Virus record (IMG/VR): IMGVR_UViG_3300032132_000010
Span: 1-50,683 of that record
DNA length: 50,683 nucleotides
Origin: a virus
Lineage: Duplodnaviria; Caudoviricetes
Strand: one strand, 5' to 3'
The position numbers were made by a program, and so were the translations under genes. The stretch's first letter is position 1; each line of letters begins with the position of its first letter. Shown here in pieces: positions 28,901 through 35,578 of this stretch. The notes beneath the pieces were generated by a model. It ran no database searches. It had not been told where the DNA came from and saw nothing but the letters and a program-made list of their open reading frames with translations.

Positions 28901-31900
28901 CCTACTTCGCCACGCCCGACGAGCACGGACGGCGCGCGTTCACCGTCGCGTTCTACGAGAACGCCAACCGCTCGACCTTCTTTCACGAGATGGGGCACGT
29001 GTGGCTCGAGGCCATGGGGGACCTGGCCGAAGATCCCGAGTTCGGTGACGCCTTCAAGGACGACTGGACGTTCATCCTGTCCTTCCTCAACGTCACCAGT
29101 CGCGCCGAGATCGGTGAGCCCGAGCATGAGAAGTTCGCGGACGCCTTCATGTTCTTCGTGCTGGAGGGCAAGAGCCCGTCCGCGCGCCTGCGTCCGGCGT
29201 TCGCCTCGGCCGAGCGGTGGCTGATCCGCCTGTTCCGCAACCTCGACGACAAGGACATCGACCTCAACGACGACATGAGGGGGATCGCCGCGCGGCTGCT
29301 GGCGACCGACGACGAGATCGCGGCGGCCGAGTACGAGCTTGGCGGCACGGGGCTCTCCGACGAGATCCTGGCGGGCATGGACGAGGCCGATCGCGCCACG
29401 TACCTGAAGCACGTGGCCGCGGCCGGCGACATCGCGCGCGCGGAGCTGGGCGCACAGGTGCTCCACAACGAGGCCCGCGCGGCGGCGCGCGAGGAGAAGA
29501 TGGAGGAGTTCCGGGCGAAGGCCGCGAAGCGCGTGGACGAGCTCCCCGAGTCGGTGGTGCTCTCGGCCATGGCTCACGGCACGATGCCGGACGGCTCGCC
29601 GCTGCCCGAGGGGCTGTCGACCATGAAGCTGGACAAGGCTTCAGTGGTCGAGGCTCTGACCGTCATCAGCGCCGAGACAGGGCAGCCCTACGTGCGCTCC
29701 CCGAAGGTGGTCGAGCGCCTGGAGGACGCGGGGGTCCTGACGAACCAAGGCGGGGTCCCGGTGGAGCAGGCCGCCGAGGAGTGGGGCTTCGGCAGCGGCG
29801 ACGAGATGGCCCGTCGTATGTCGATCGCCCTGGACAAGCCGAGCCTCGTCGAAACGATGGCCCAGCAGGAGCTTGGCAACGAGTTCCCCGAGCTGCTGGG
29901 GACCCGTCAGATCCGCACCCTGCGCCGCAAGGCGGTCGCCAACGAGGAACGGGTGAAGCAGCTCGAGGACGAGCACAGGGAGCTACAGCGCCACAGGCGG
30001 GCCGCTGTGGACCGCATCCCCAGTCAGGCAGAGATCAAGGCGTCCGTGCTGGCCTTCCTCCGGCCGCTGCCCATCTCGGCGCTCCAGCCGCAGGCGTTCC
30101 TCTCGGCCGCTGGGCGCGAGGGCAACAAGTCTGCCGCCAGGTGGCGCGTCGGGGACTGGGATGGCGCGGCCGAGGCCAAGCGGCTGGAGCGGTGGAACCT
30201 GCTCGCGTTCATCGAGTCGACCAAGATGCTGACGCACGTCGAGCGGCAGAGCCGCTGGCTCAGTAAGGCCGCCGACGAGAAGGGCGAGATCGCCAAGACG
30301 CTGAACAAGGCCGGCCACACCTACTTCCCGCAGGTGATGGCGCTCCTCGAGCGGTTCAGCTTTGTGCGGCGCTCGGGTCCTGGGCTGGATCGGCTGAAGT
30401 CTCTGCGCGATTGGGTGGAGGGGCAGCGGAAGCAGGCGCGCGAGGTCGGTGACTTCCGCGAGATGGACATCCCCGAGAAGCTGCTCGACGAGGCGTTCCG
30501 CAAAAACTACCGGGACATGACGGTCGAGGAGCTGGCGGACCTCTACGACGCGGTGGCGTCGATCCACCACGTTGCCAAGAACAAGGTGCGGATGCTGAAG
30601 GCGAAGCAGAAGCGGACGCTCCTGGACATCGTGAAGCAGATCGTCCCGACAGTGAAGGCGAGCAAGAAGGCGATCGTGCGCGGGATCGGCGCGCGCAACA
30701 AGCGCGAGCGGGCGATGGATCTGATGGACGACGTGTGGGCCGGCGGCGTGAAGGCGGGCTTCTACGCGCGCGCGATGGACGGTGACGTGGACGGCGGGCC
30801 GATGGCATCGCACGTGGTCGCGCGGCTCAACAAGGCGGTGGACGTCGGGGCCGAGCGACTGATCGAGGTGCACCGCGCGCTGGTCGGGCTCTACAAGGCG
30901 AGCTTCAGCAAGGAGTACCAGCGCAAGATCAACCGGCGCGAGGTGATCGCAGGGCTGAACCTCTCGCGCGAAGATGTGATGTCGATCGCGGGGCACTTCG
31001 GTAACCCGCAGGGCCGCCAACGGTTGCTGATGGGGCTGTCGAAGGAGCAGCTGGCCGCGGTGCTTCAGACGATGACCGCCGCGGAGTGGCAGTTCGTTCA
31101 GGGACGCTGGGACCTCTTTGAGTCGTTCTGGGCAGAGATCGAGGAGCAACACGCGCGCCTGACCGGCGTCCGGCCGCGCGCCGTCGAACACCTCCCCTTC
31201 ACGATGACCTCCTCGGACGGGATCGAGGTCGAGCTCTCGGGCGGGTATATGCCGCTGATGTATTCGGACACGCGCCCGAACGCCACGGAGCTGGACGAGT
31301 GGGCGAGCGAGACGTACCGAGGCTCGGCGCTGTTCAAGATGATGCGGCTCGGCTTCACCAAGACGCGCAAGGAGCACGTGGACCGGGCGCTGCGCCTGGA
31401 CCGCGGTGTCGTGACACAACACCTCGCGGACGTGGTTCACGCGCTGTCGGTGCGCGAGGCCGTGCTCGACGTGCGGCGCATCCTTGGCAACAAGGACGTG
31501 CACAAGATCATCGAGAAGCACTACGGCCCTGCGGCGATCCGCAAGCTGAACCACTGGGTGACCGACGTCGCGGCGGGCAGCGCGGGCAGCCGCGAGGGGT
31601 TGGAGAAGGTGCTCGCGTACCTGCGCTACGGCACGGTGATCGCGCGCCTCGGGTTCCGCCTCGTCTCGGCCCTGAAACAGTGGTACGGGCTGCGCGCAAC
31701 CGTCGTCCGCATCGGTGACACGCCGGCCGAGGGCGCGCACTGGATCGGCGTGGGCGTCAAGCGGTGGCTGTTCCACCACAAGGGGTCGGCCGTCGACACG
31801 CCCGCGTGGGTGATGAGCGTCAGTTCCTTCATGAAGGGGCGACTGAACGGATCGTTCCAGCGCGAGCTGAACGAGATGCGCCAGGAGGTGCAGCGCGAGT

Positions 31901-32676
31901 TCATGAACGCCGCGAACGAGTACGCCTTCTGGATGCTGGCGCGGATGCAGTTCGGTGCCGACCTGATTACGTGGCTCGCGCAGTACGAAAAGACGATGAG
32001 CGAGATGGGCGCGGGCGTCGACCTCAAGGAGTGGGAGGCCGAGGCGATCCAGCGGGCGGACCAGGCGGTGAAGGACACGCAGGGCGGCGGCCAGTCGGTC
32101 GACCTGTCGTGGTGGGAGCGTGGCAACCCATTGCTCCGTGTGCTCACCACGTTCTTCACCGACGCCGGGATCAAGTTCAACCTCACGCGGCTGTCCGCGC
32201 AGCGCCGTAGCTTCAAGGGTGGGACGCCCTACGAGAACGGCATCGAGTACGCGCGTTTCCTCGCGGACCTGTCGATCCTCTACTTCACGACGCCCGCCGT
32301 CGTGGCGCTGGCCGCCATGGCTGGGCTCGGGGATGACGACGATCCCGACGAGATCATGGAGCGGTTCATCCGCATGGGCTTCGGGGAGATGGCCGACATG
32401 GTGCCGATCTTGCGCGAGGCGTCGGGGCCGATTCAGGGCTACCCGTACCGCGGGCCGGCGGGCTTGGGTGCGGTGCAGACCGGCATCGCCATGTCGCAGC
32501 AGATCGGACAGGGCAAGCTGGACAAGGGGTTGTGGAAGAACAGCGCGTTGTTCGCGGGCAACCTGTTCCACTGGCCGACCGGGGCGCTCGTCGAGGGTGC
32601 CGAGGCGTTTGAGCAGATGCTCCGCGGCGATGCGCCGAGCGCGCTGCTGGGCTTCCGCGACTACAACAAGAGGTAA
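19987..32676 (+). CDS. Giant polyvalent ejection protein (4,229 aa): N6-adenine MTase + Strawberry-notch-type SF2 helicase + ParB-like + HExxH modules (DarB-like)
   Basis: LEPSAGTG (nt ~24211), NPPF (~24403), GDGTGVGK (~25489), DESH (~25870), SATG, QGLGRTHR, LLEGQHR (~28760), HEMGH (~28984); last gene of ejection cluster. Confidence 0.88.
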   Translation: MTINVPASTGGDGDEQPQPQQQPQQQQAPPRPSESLSRDLLRHDGPLARFGENVAPPPSFRGPVDNLMAHYREREAAMQRAAMVAANNDPDEYAKGLTIGKLLGMPSSEAGHSAAKYGSPLFFHQLEHDLRAMDHNRPQLAAWLRNVDNAAVSSDDLDTLEKLHDSIVFAGKERSWFGEMWEAGENGLVGVQASYYHLAGLKGMIDLQAAAEGAADANRRIRESREGQSIGVQRYFQRVGRAKGALDTLMVAFSDPSNLGIMMADSLGFSAPSLVMAAAVGKAGAVGGTALGTATGLAPVAAGFAVAGGLAGAAVGAMAGGTFVEMGAWINQTIEETIDPTTGKAYDITDADSLFRAYSNTALMERAQAEGLRKGLTIGAVDAASIFLGGRFLRAAAGKGRLAKVAAYGKEGVTQGAMEGAGEGSSLLAVAGGDVLNWTEDDWAEWRKQMAIESAVSLGPEAGHVLIGYLARKPLDARERKMERVGKALQAEQNLGALLAAGEAYADSKTAGRNDGDEAGELVDTIASGAGVSILRWDKVTWDEFFTSRGLSPGEALAEIVPGEGPGSGIRMYHDAHANGEIRVSLRDLLKAKASTEEYAPLVALARSRHDLPSPVEAEEVLAEHEHENQEVVRRFQEERTLNQEAEDIRDKLAAAEENEGEGGPSPEEMVKLRGRRAEIEARLQELAKGRETVRQESQVVFDKALEELTAVRGADRDIGDPRVLATMHTAIVQTKAAAAGVPVAEMAKRVDVSFVAEQAPAAGDRPVAPVRPVTEPDGEADAVTPDAATAPGSGQEADTEADADRTLPEAGDEIEVFDALGKPRRGTVLAAKESADSGRLVRVRFDDGTEAMAADHADFAGARTPTGETYSLGGGHQPGLSTPSSVTGVPQGTLIRDLTDDQLRSVSKALSDHAAASSGKTSVAATRELRAVSAEAQRRKSEAAPAETDDGRVSYDVEADRLEPTGDIAASYSGDTLAKGKVNKPFTEDGSLWLATEVTENKDGQTVAKAYQLTPANEWTGETVTYDEAIERGADAAVGLFHGVQVKAKTIPGGDDAYVMTGPPADFAPEAAAPAAPGQSTDSPAAPAGETRRPHYSVSPQQLEEEARAAAGGTLHLEPLEAFPHPHLAGLASVLASMGDEAPVVTYDRGVLNPTVADDDRFREKFDLIERFVGEGADAAIPAIEDEPEVEVVPDDEFEAEDPPKNAKPLADEPTEGGNPVKEFLEGLVDKANEVLGPPPSQEEGATPTAPPAAPAPDATLPDDQAAESPEIAEKVKRTVELADRLDARLVIGHKDGAFTPPAPMTWQELQREAATYFGGTQAEGAFTSQDLANATEFWLNRRIARYPNPEALRFEDWVALVRSWSELIPTQTRRTDDKVKFQQFSTPSEYAAVIAWVANVTAEDVALEPSAGTGNIAAHAKVRGAAVVANEIDPMRAALLRALEIPVIYNENAEQISNILPDINPTVVVMNPPFSSSGTRNKKDTMIGSQHIDQALKMLRPGGRLVAIVGGGQARKGTGRTGMAFEASSFRGWWKRTMDTYTVRANVGVAGKVYSRLGTSFPTRVLVIDKTGPTANPESALDVDVETLGELITALEDVRDARPEVDRESGRPSVEAPGDAGSESGGRAPDAGAPVARPGSGGGGVQQPGVRTDTGDGDRGPAPAGGDGPASGDGAAGGPADAAGSPGAAGGGQATGGATAQPAGGDAGGLPASDDAAGAAPSGVEDTAAEESPQDEALIEKGAEFIAEADDEAGVFDTYAPAIAVKGASPHPSPLVESAAMASVSFPEIKHDLRLSKEAIAGASNAQLETAALAGQAFEVILPNGKRQGFFAGDGTGVGKTREIIAILMDNMNHGRKRHVWVSASKDLYDDAVREWGSMGGDPALLMNMKKVKANTGKIPNQDGVVFVNYDTLKVGAQYLPDGEAITDEGKVSRLDQIREWLGTESEEAAAEFDGVIVFDESHKMGSAIAQKKGGKGPSATALSGLYAQDTHPLGRLVYASATGATEVHNLAYAERLGLWGEGTAFGNVLEFVAKIGKGGLATMEQIARELKQRGLYTARAISMKGVKYERLEHNLTDEQTTIYNRVAEAWQIVHKNMVAATQITEGGKEANKRWKGQYWGLNQRFFDQIMTSMAMPSTLKQMHADIDAGHSVVIQLINHYGERLERLEAERKRQVAAGEIDEEASFDYDLSPKGDLIEMVKKAFPVQQYEEVVGPDGKPFKRPVTDSEGKPVLNQEAVRMRDELLLDLDELRIPLGPVDMIYQEFGSERVGEITGRKQRVEFVDGRQVVVKRKEKAENKAAADDFMGDRIPILIFTKKGGTGRSYHADLGAKNQRLRRHYVVQSGWIANDTIQGLGRTHRTNQAQPPEYILVQTDLPGHKRFVSSIARRIEQLGALTKGQRDAGASLFTEADNLEGAYGNPAVRQFINNIVNGRVDGIEAEDLVEELGITGILTEAGNVVDAKVPEVPKFLNRILSTTTDRQTAWFEGFNNLMVAMIADATQNGTLDTGMQTLRAKSVKVNSVTEVRKDDETKAKTELLSVTTTNDKPRVPWEQAQKRYPADSFWVNNKSGFVWSAGPKRNRTTSGGNVEVVRSMYGPGGRGSDVMDYQLSGHGNNWTNVTDEAQLERMWTERYDKTPATEETDVHLLTGMLLPIWDRLPDKGKVYRITMPGGTRVIGREIPERDLSYTLERLGVGRPKLEMEPAELGRRILAGDRAVLSNNWVIQAVTAAKETRIEVAGPTFANMDALQKAGVFIETHGGKRRYFVPTGPRMAEALEAVLLGRDIMQVGKPRTMHQSVLAGESPFPKREKPTRMGQEEAQAAPVEDDKEYPQVRGGIVDGLEVGEDIPNASSISASLGEDYEEVGVREIPMSDFSFDPQQLYYGSHQFRRAEALAEEIRESGRIDPLIVVQDGHADGPYLLEGQHRAGALHILGKTSFPALVVRDLDRETITRQQGRGGTGGPRGATTYFATPDEHGRRAFTVAFYENANRSTFFHEMGHVWLEAMGDLAEDPEFGDAFKDDWTFILSFLNVTSRAEIGEPEHEKFADAFMFFVLEGKSPSARLRPAFASAERWLIRLFRNLDDKDIDLNDDMRGIAARLLATDDEIAAAEYELGGTGLSDEILAGMDEADRATYLKHVAAAGDIARAELGAQVLHNEARAAAREEKMEEFRAKAAKRVDELPESVVLSAMAHGTMPDGSPLPEGLSTMKLDKASVVEALTVISAETGQPYVRSPKVVERLEDAGVLTNQGGVPVEQAAEEWGFGSGDEMARRMSIALDKPSLVETMAQQELGNEFPELLGTRQIRTLRRKAVANEERVKQLEDEHRELQRHRRAAVDRIPSQAEIKASVLAFLRPLPISALQPQAFLSAAGREGNKSAARWRVGDWDGAAEAKRLERWNLLAFIESTKMLTHVERQSRWLSKAADEKGEIAKTLNKAGHTYFPQVMALLERFSFVRRSGPGLDRLKSLRDWVEGQRKQAREVGDFREMDIPEKLLDEAFRKNYRDMTVEELADLYDAVASIHHVAKNKVRMLKAKQKRTLLDIVKQIVPTVKASKKAIVRGIGARNKRERAMDLMDDVWAGGVKAGFYARAMDGDVDGGPMASHVVARLNKAVDVGAERLIEVHRALVGLYKASFSKEYQRKINRREVIAGLNLSREDVMSIAGHFGNPQGRQRLLMGLSKEQLAAVLQTMTAAEWQFVQGRWDLFESFWAEIEEQHARLTGVRPRAVEHLPFTMTSSDGIEVELSGGYMPLMYSDTRPNATELDEWASETYRGSALFKMMRLGFTKTRKEHVDRALRLDRGVVTQHLADVVHALSVREAVLDVRRILGNKDVHKIIEKHYGPAAIRKLNHWVTDVAAGSAGSREGLEKVLAYLRYGTVIARLGFRLVSALKQWYGLRATVVRIGDTPAEGAHWIGVGVKRWLFHHKGSAVDTPAWVMSVSSFMKGRLNGSFQRELNEMRQEVQREFMNAANEYAFWMLARMQFGADLITWLAQYEKTMSEMGAGVDLKEWEAEAIQRADQAVKDTQGGGQSVDLSWWERGNPLLRVLTTFFTDAGIKFNLTRLSAQRRSFKGGTPYENGIEYARFLADLSILYFTTPAVVALAAMAGLGDDDDPDEIMERFIRMGFGEMADMVPILREASGPIQGYPYRGPAGLGAVQTGIAMSQQIGQGKLDKGLWKNSALFAGNLFHWPTGALVEGAEAFEQMLRGDAPSALLGFRDYNKR
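24791..25165 (+). CDS. Overprinted 124-aa acidic protein in the +1 frame of the giant gene
   Basis: GGAGG at 24777-24781 before ATG; codons in this frame are CTG/GAG/GCG-dominated while the host frame becomes A/T-ending and low complexity. Confidence 0.72.
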   Translation: MPAPKWIERVDAQALKHLETLGVSPAGEPPTLVLLSLGLEAAAGEFNSPAYEPILETEIADLRLLAATDPQAAMEQLGDPQMPLDHLEPLEAGKQLVEQLHSRLGETQEDYPPATTLPVQHPPA

Positions 32677-32679
32677 CCG

Positions 32680-33069
32680 ATGGCGAAGCGAATCAGGGAT
32701 CTCACGCCCGAGGTGCTGCGCCGAGCATTGGTGCCGCTCGGGCCGCTTCCGCAGCGGACGTCGGAGGAGTTCACGGCGTCCGGCGACGGCCTCGTCATGG
32801 ATCTCGGCCTCAATGCTTGCAGGGACTGGTCGGTGTGCGTGGTGGAGAACGGGACCGTAACCTCATGGGATGTGCGCTTTGAGTACAGCCTCGACGCGGT
32901 TAACTGGACTGAGATATCCGACCTGACGCACACACGCGCGATCACCGGAGACGGCGTGGTCAAGGGCACCACCCCGGCCTACCCCGCGACTCACTTCCGC
33001 CCGCGCGTAGACGAGTTAACGCTCGGCGGGGGCACCAACATCACCGTCTACATCTTGGGGATGCCATGA
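32680..33069 (+). CDS. Beta-rich hypothetical virion protein
   Basis: GAGG SD; EYSLDAVNW motif common in small phage beta-sandwich proteins. Confidence 0.7.
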   Translation: MAKRIRDLTPEVLRRALVPLGPLPQRTSEEFTASGDGLVMDLGLNACRDWSVCVVENGTVTSWDVRFEYSLDAVNWTEISDLTHTRAITGDGVVKGTTPAYPATHFRPRVDELTLGGGTNITVYILGMP

Positions 33070-33371
33070 CCGATCCGAAACCCGCGCCGACGCAGGCACC
33101 CTGCACCGTCTGTGGGCAGATGTTCCCGCTGGACGACATCACGATGGTCACGGATCTTGCCCAGGATGAGATCGCGGGCCTCGGCCCCGGCGATGTCGCG
33201 GGCTTCTGCCCGAACGACCTCGCGTGGCGGAAGGTGAACCTGCTCACGAAGCTGCTGGCTGCCAAGCTGCTAGCCGAGCAGTACGCGCCGATCTGGGCTG
33301 CCGATCAGGCGGCGCAGGACACCAAGGACAAGGCCGAGTGGGACGCCAAGCAGGCGGCGAAGGGTGTGTGA
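33066..33371 (+). CDS. Hypothetical protein with CxxC
   Basis: CTVC...FCPND; ATGA coupling. Confidence 0.7.
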   Translation: MTDPKPAPTQAPCTVCGQMFPLDDITMVTDLAQDEIAGLGPGDVAGFCPNDLAWRKVNLLTKLLAAKLLAEQYAPIWAADQAAQDTKDKAEWDAKQAAKGV

Positions 33372-33836
33372 ATGGCCGTCACCGACATCGAGCCGGTCTA
33401 CTCCAACAGCGGGTGGCACGCTGTTCTTGTTGACCTGGAGGGGACGGCCTGCACGGGGAGTCACAGCGGGCAGGTGCTTGACCTGGACACGCTTGGGCTG
33501 GTGCCGATGGCTCTCGCCTACCACTACCACCAAGACGGAACGCTCACGAACAGTTCCACAACCGCCACCGGGAAGATCGCAGGGGACGCGCAGACCTACT
33601 GGATGGATTACATTACGGGTGGCCTGCAAAAGCTCAACTTCACATGCAACACCCCCGACGTTGCGGCCATCGTTCCGTTTCAGCGGTACGACGATGCCAA
33701 ATCTGTGTGGCACGGGATGACGAGCATCAGCGCAGGCATGGGCCTCACGGGGACGGGCGGCGCGGGGAGCTACGTCAAGCTGACGATGCTGGGGAGGTTT
33801 GCTGAAGACCTTAGGACGGCGGTGCAGCGGCGATGA
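33372..33836 (+). CDS. Beta-rich protein, paralog 2
   Basis: Shares GTACTGS, DGTLT, PFQ, GTGGAGS and AVQRR with the next gene. Confidence 0.8.
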   Translation: MAVTDIEPVYSNSGWHAVLVDLEGTACTGSHSGQVLDLDTLGLVPMALAYHYHQDGTLTNSSTTATGKIAGDAQTYWMDYITGGLQKLNFTCNTPDVAAIVPFQRYDDAKSVWHGMTSISAGMGLTGTGGAGSYVKLTMLGRFAEDLRTAVQRR

Positions 33837-34297
33837 CTGACGTAGAACCCACCCTCGTCAACACCGGCTTCCACGGGGTCACGCTGGACGTGACGGGGAC
33901 GGCCTGCACCGGGTCTGTCTCTGGCGACTGGATCACGCCGCTCTCCGCGCAGGGGCTTGTGCCGTTGCTGGTGGCGCTGCGCTACGTCGAGGACGGCACG
34001 CTCACCGATGCAACGCTGACGCTTGAGGTGCTGCTCAACGAAGACGATGCCACGGTCTACGAGGTGAGCTACTACGACTCGTCCTTCAACCCGATTGCCC
34101 CGCTGGCGGCGACCAGCAACCAGCGCGGTGTGATGCCCTTCCAGTACCGGGACTACTCAAAAGCCGAGCTGTATGATGTTCTCGCCATTCGCGCTACGGC
34201 TGCGTTCAGCGGCACGGGCGGGGCGGGCAGCATCTTGCACGCGACCATCCTTGGGATGCAGCTTCCCGAGTTCCGACAGGCGGTTCAGCGACGATGA
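33833..34297 (+). CDS. Beta-rich protein, paralog 3
   Basis: Same length (154 aa) and motifs as preceding gene; GDWITPL shared with 7427. Confidence 0.8.
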   Translation: MTDVEPTLVNTGFHGVTLDVTGTACTGSVSGDWITPLSAQGLVPLLVALRYVEDGTLTDATLTLEVLLNEDDATVYEVSYYDSSFNPIAPLAATSNQRGVMPFQYRDYSKAELYDVLAIRATAAFSGTGGAGSILHATILGMQLPEFRQAVQRR

Positions 34298-34407
34298 TAG
34301 GCGCGTGGATTGAGTTCGTTGGCCGAATGATGATCGGCGCGGCGATCCTGTGGGAACTGGGGAAACTGGGACACCTGATAAGGGGAGCGTGGAAGCGATG
34401 GATGTGA
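34294..34407 (+). CDS. 37-aa amphipathic/hydrophobic peptide
   Basis: ATGA-coupled; MIGAWIEFVGRMMIGAAILWELGKLGHLIRGAWKRWM fills the gap. Confidence 0.4.
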   Translation: MIGAWIEFVGRMMIGAAILWELGKLGHLIRGAWKRWM

Positions 34408-34682
34408 CGACGCCGTTCACGAGTACCGACCTGACCGCGACGGGCCTGTTATTGCTGGCCGCACTGTGGGGGTTGAATATGTATCTGACGCATCGGAAGA
34501 ATGGCAACGGGAAGCCGTGCCCGTACCACCACGAGATCAAGGAAGTCCACCGGAAGCTGGACGCGATGGCGTACGCCCACTCCCAGGAAGGTGAACACCA
34601 CAAGTCGCTGGAGCGGTGCGAGCGGAGGATCGGCGCTCTCATGCGGGCCAGCAACGTCCCCGATCCCGATGGCAAGTTCTGA
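34398..34682 (+). CDS. Single-TM protein, holin-like position
   Basis: N-terminal TM helix followed by KNGNG and charged helix. Confidence 0.55.
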   Translation: MDVTTPFTSTDLTATGLLLLAALWGLNMYLTHRKNGNGKPCPYHHEIKEVHRKLDAMAYAHSQEGEHHKSLERCERRIGALMRASNVPDPDGKF

Positions 34683-34801
34683 TGACGAGCTCGCTGGCGG
34701 GGCGAAGGGTGCAGCCGCCAGCGAATGAGCCGCCGCGCCCGTGGCTGCCCGAGATCATCCTCGCGGTGGTGATCCTGCTCATCTTGTGGGCGGCCGGTTG
34801 A
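34682..34801 (+). CDS. Small membrane peptide
   Basis: TGATG coupling; C-terminal IILAVVILLILW. Confidence 0.45.
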   Translation: MTSSLAGRRVQPPANEPPRPWLPEIILAVVILLILWAAG

Positions 34802-34866
34802 AGGTGCGCCGGCCCGGTGCGATGCTCGGGCCATCGTTCGGCACACCCCCATAGGAGATCGAGGCC

Positions 34867-35325
34867 ATGCGTCACGCCCTGCTGCTCTGCCTGCTCGCCC
34901 TGTCCCTGTCCGCCTGCACAAGTTCCGGCGGCGGGATGTCCCCCGAGATGCGAAACACGCTGCTGATCGGGCTCGCGATCGACGACTACAACGAGACGGG
35001 AGATGCGACGGGGCTCACGGCCGCGCTGGGCGAGGTGCTGGACGTTCCGGGCGGTTCGATGCTCGCGGAGCTGACGCAGGTCTACGTGGACTACACGCTG
35101 AACGGTGACCAGGAAGGCGCGAGGGCTGCGGCGCTGGCGGTGCTCGGCTTCGATAGCGTCCTGGTTGCGGATGGCGTCGAGCCGGACCCGCTGATCCTCC
35201 AGGTCGCCAAGCGGTTCCTGCGCGACAGCCCTGAGCTTGACGCGGACTTGGTGGCGCGGCTGCTGACGGCGAGGATGGGCCTTGCGGCGCTGGAACCCGC
35301 CGCGCCGGCTACCGGGGCCGGTTAG
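34867..35325 (+). CDS. Predicted lipoprotein
   Basis: AGGAG SD; signal peptide ending in lipobox LSAC. Confidence 0.75.
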   Translation: MRHALLLCLLALSLSACTSSGGGMSPEMRNTLLIGLAIDDYNETGDATGLTAALGEVLDVPGGSMLAELTQVYVDYTLNGDQEGARAAALAVLGFDSVLVADGVEPDPLILQVAKRFLRDSPELDADLVARLLTARMGLAALEPAAPATGAG

Positions 35326-35330
35326 GGCCG

Positions 35331-35377
35331 CTGGCGGCCCCCTTGTGGGCAAGGCGGGGGGGCCGCCGGTTTGTTTC
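35331..35377 (+). terminator. Intrinsic terminator ending the late operon
   Basis: GGCGGCCCCC (35333-35342) pairs GGGGGCCGCC (35358-35367), followed by a T-rich tail. Confidence 0.7.
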
Positions 35378-35405
35378 ATCGTGCCCGCCGCGCGGGACCG
35401 CGCGG

Positions 35406-35414
35406 TGCTAGAGT
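35406..35414 (+). promoter_or_regulatory. Extended -10 element (TGcTAGAGT)
   Basis: TGn-TAnnnT directly after the terminator and about 7 nt before the structured RNA. Confidence 0.5.
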
Positions 35415-35420
35415 GCTGGG

Positions 35421-35578
35421 CATGAGGACCGAGGAAAACGGTGGGCCTCATCTGGCCCACGATCCCCAAGCTGAAACGACGGCGACGTTCGCACGACGGT
35501 CGCCGCCGCCAGGTCCCTCGCGCGGTGTTGAGTGCCTCCTCGGTCCTCTCCCGCGCTTGGGGCCGTTTTCCTATTCGG
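35421..35578 (+). ncRNA. Candidate multi-branch antisense RNA / structured leader
   Basis: Stems 35432-41/35563-72, 35441-47/35454-60, 35464-71/35555-62, 35480-86/35499-505; segment 35533-35550 is complementary to several phage RBSs. Confidence 0.65.

Noticed and set aside
33372-34297. Diversity-generating retroelement, suggested by BPP-1-like architecture and paralogous genes
   Set aside because: No reverse transcriptase and no TR/VR pair differing only at adenines
35421-35578. Self-cleaving ribozyme or tRNA interpretation of the structured element
   Set aside because: No hammerhead CUGAUGA core, no convincing HDV-like topology and no T-loop/anticodon geometry seen by eye; needs an Infernal search
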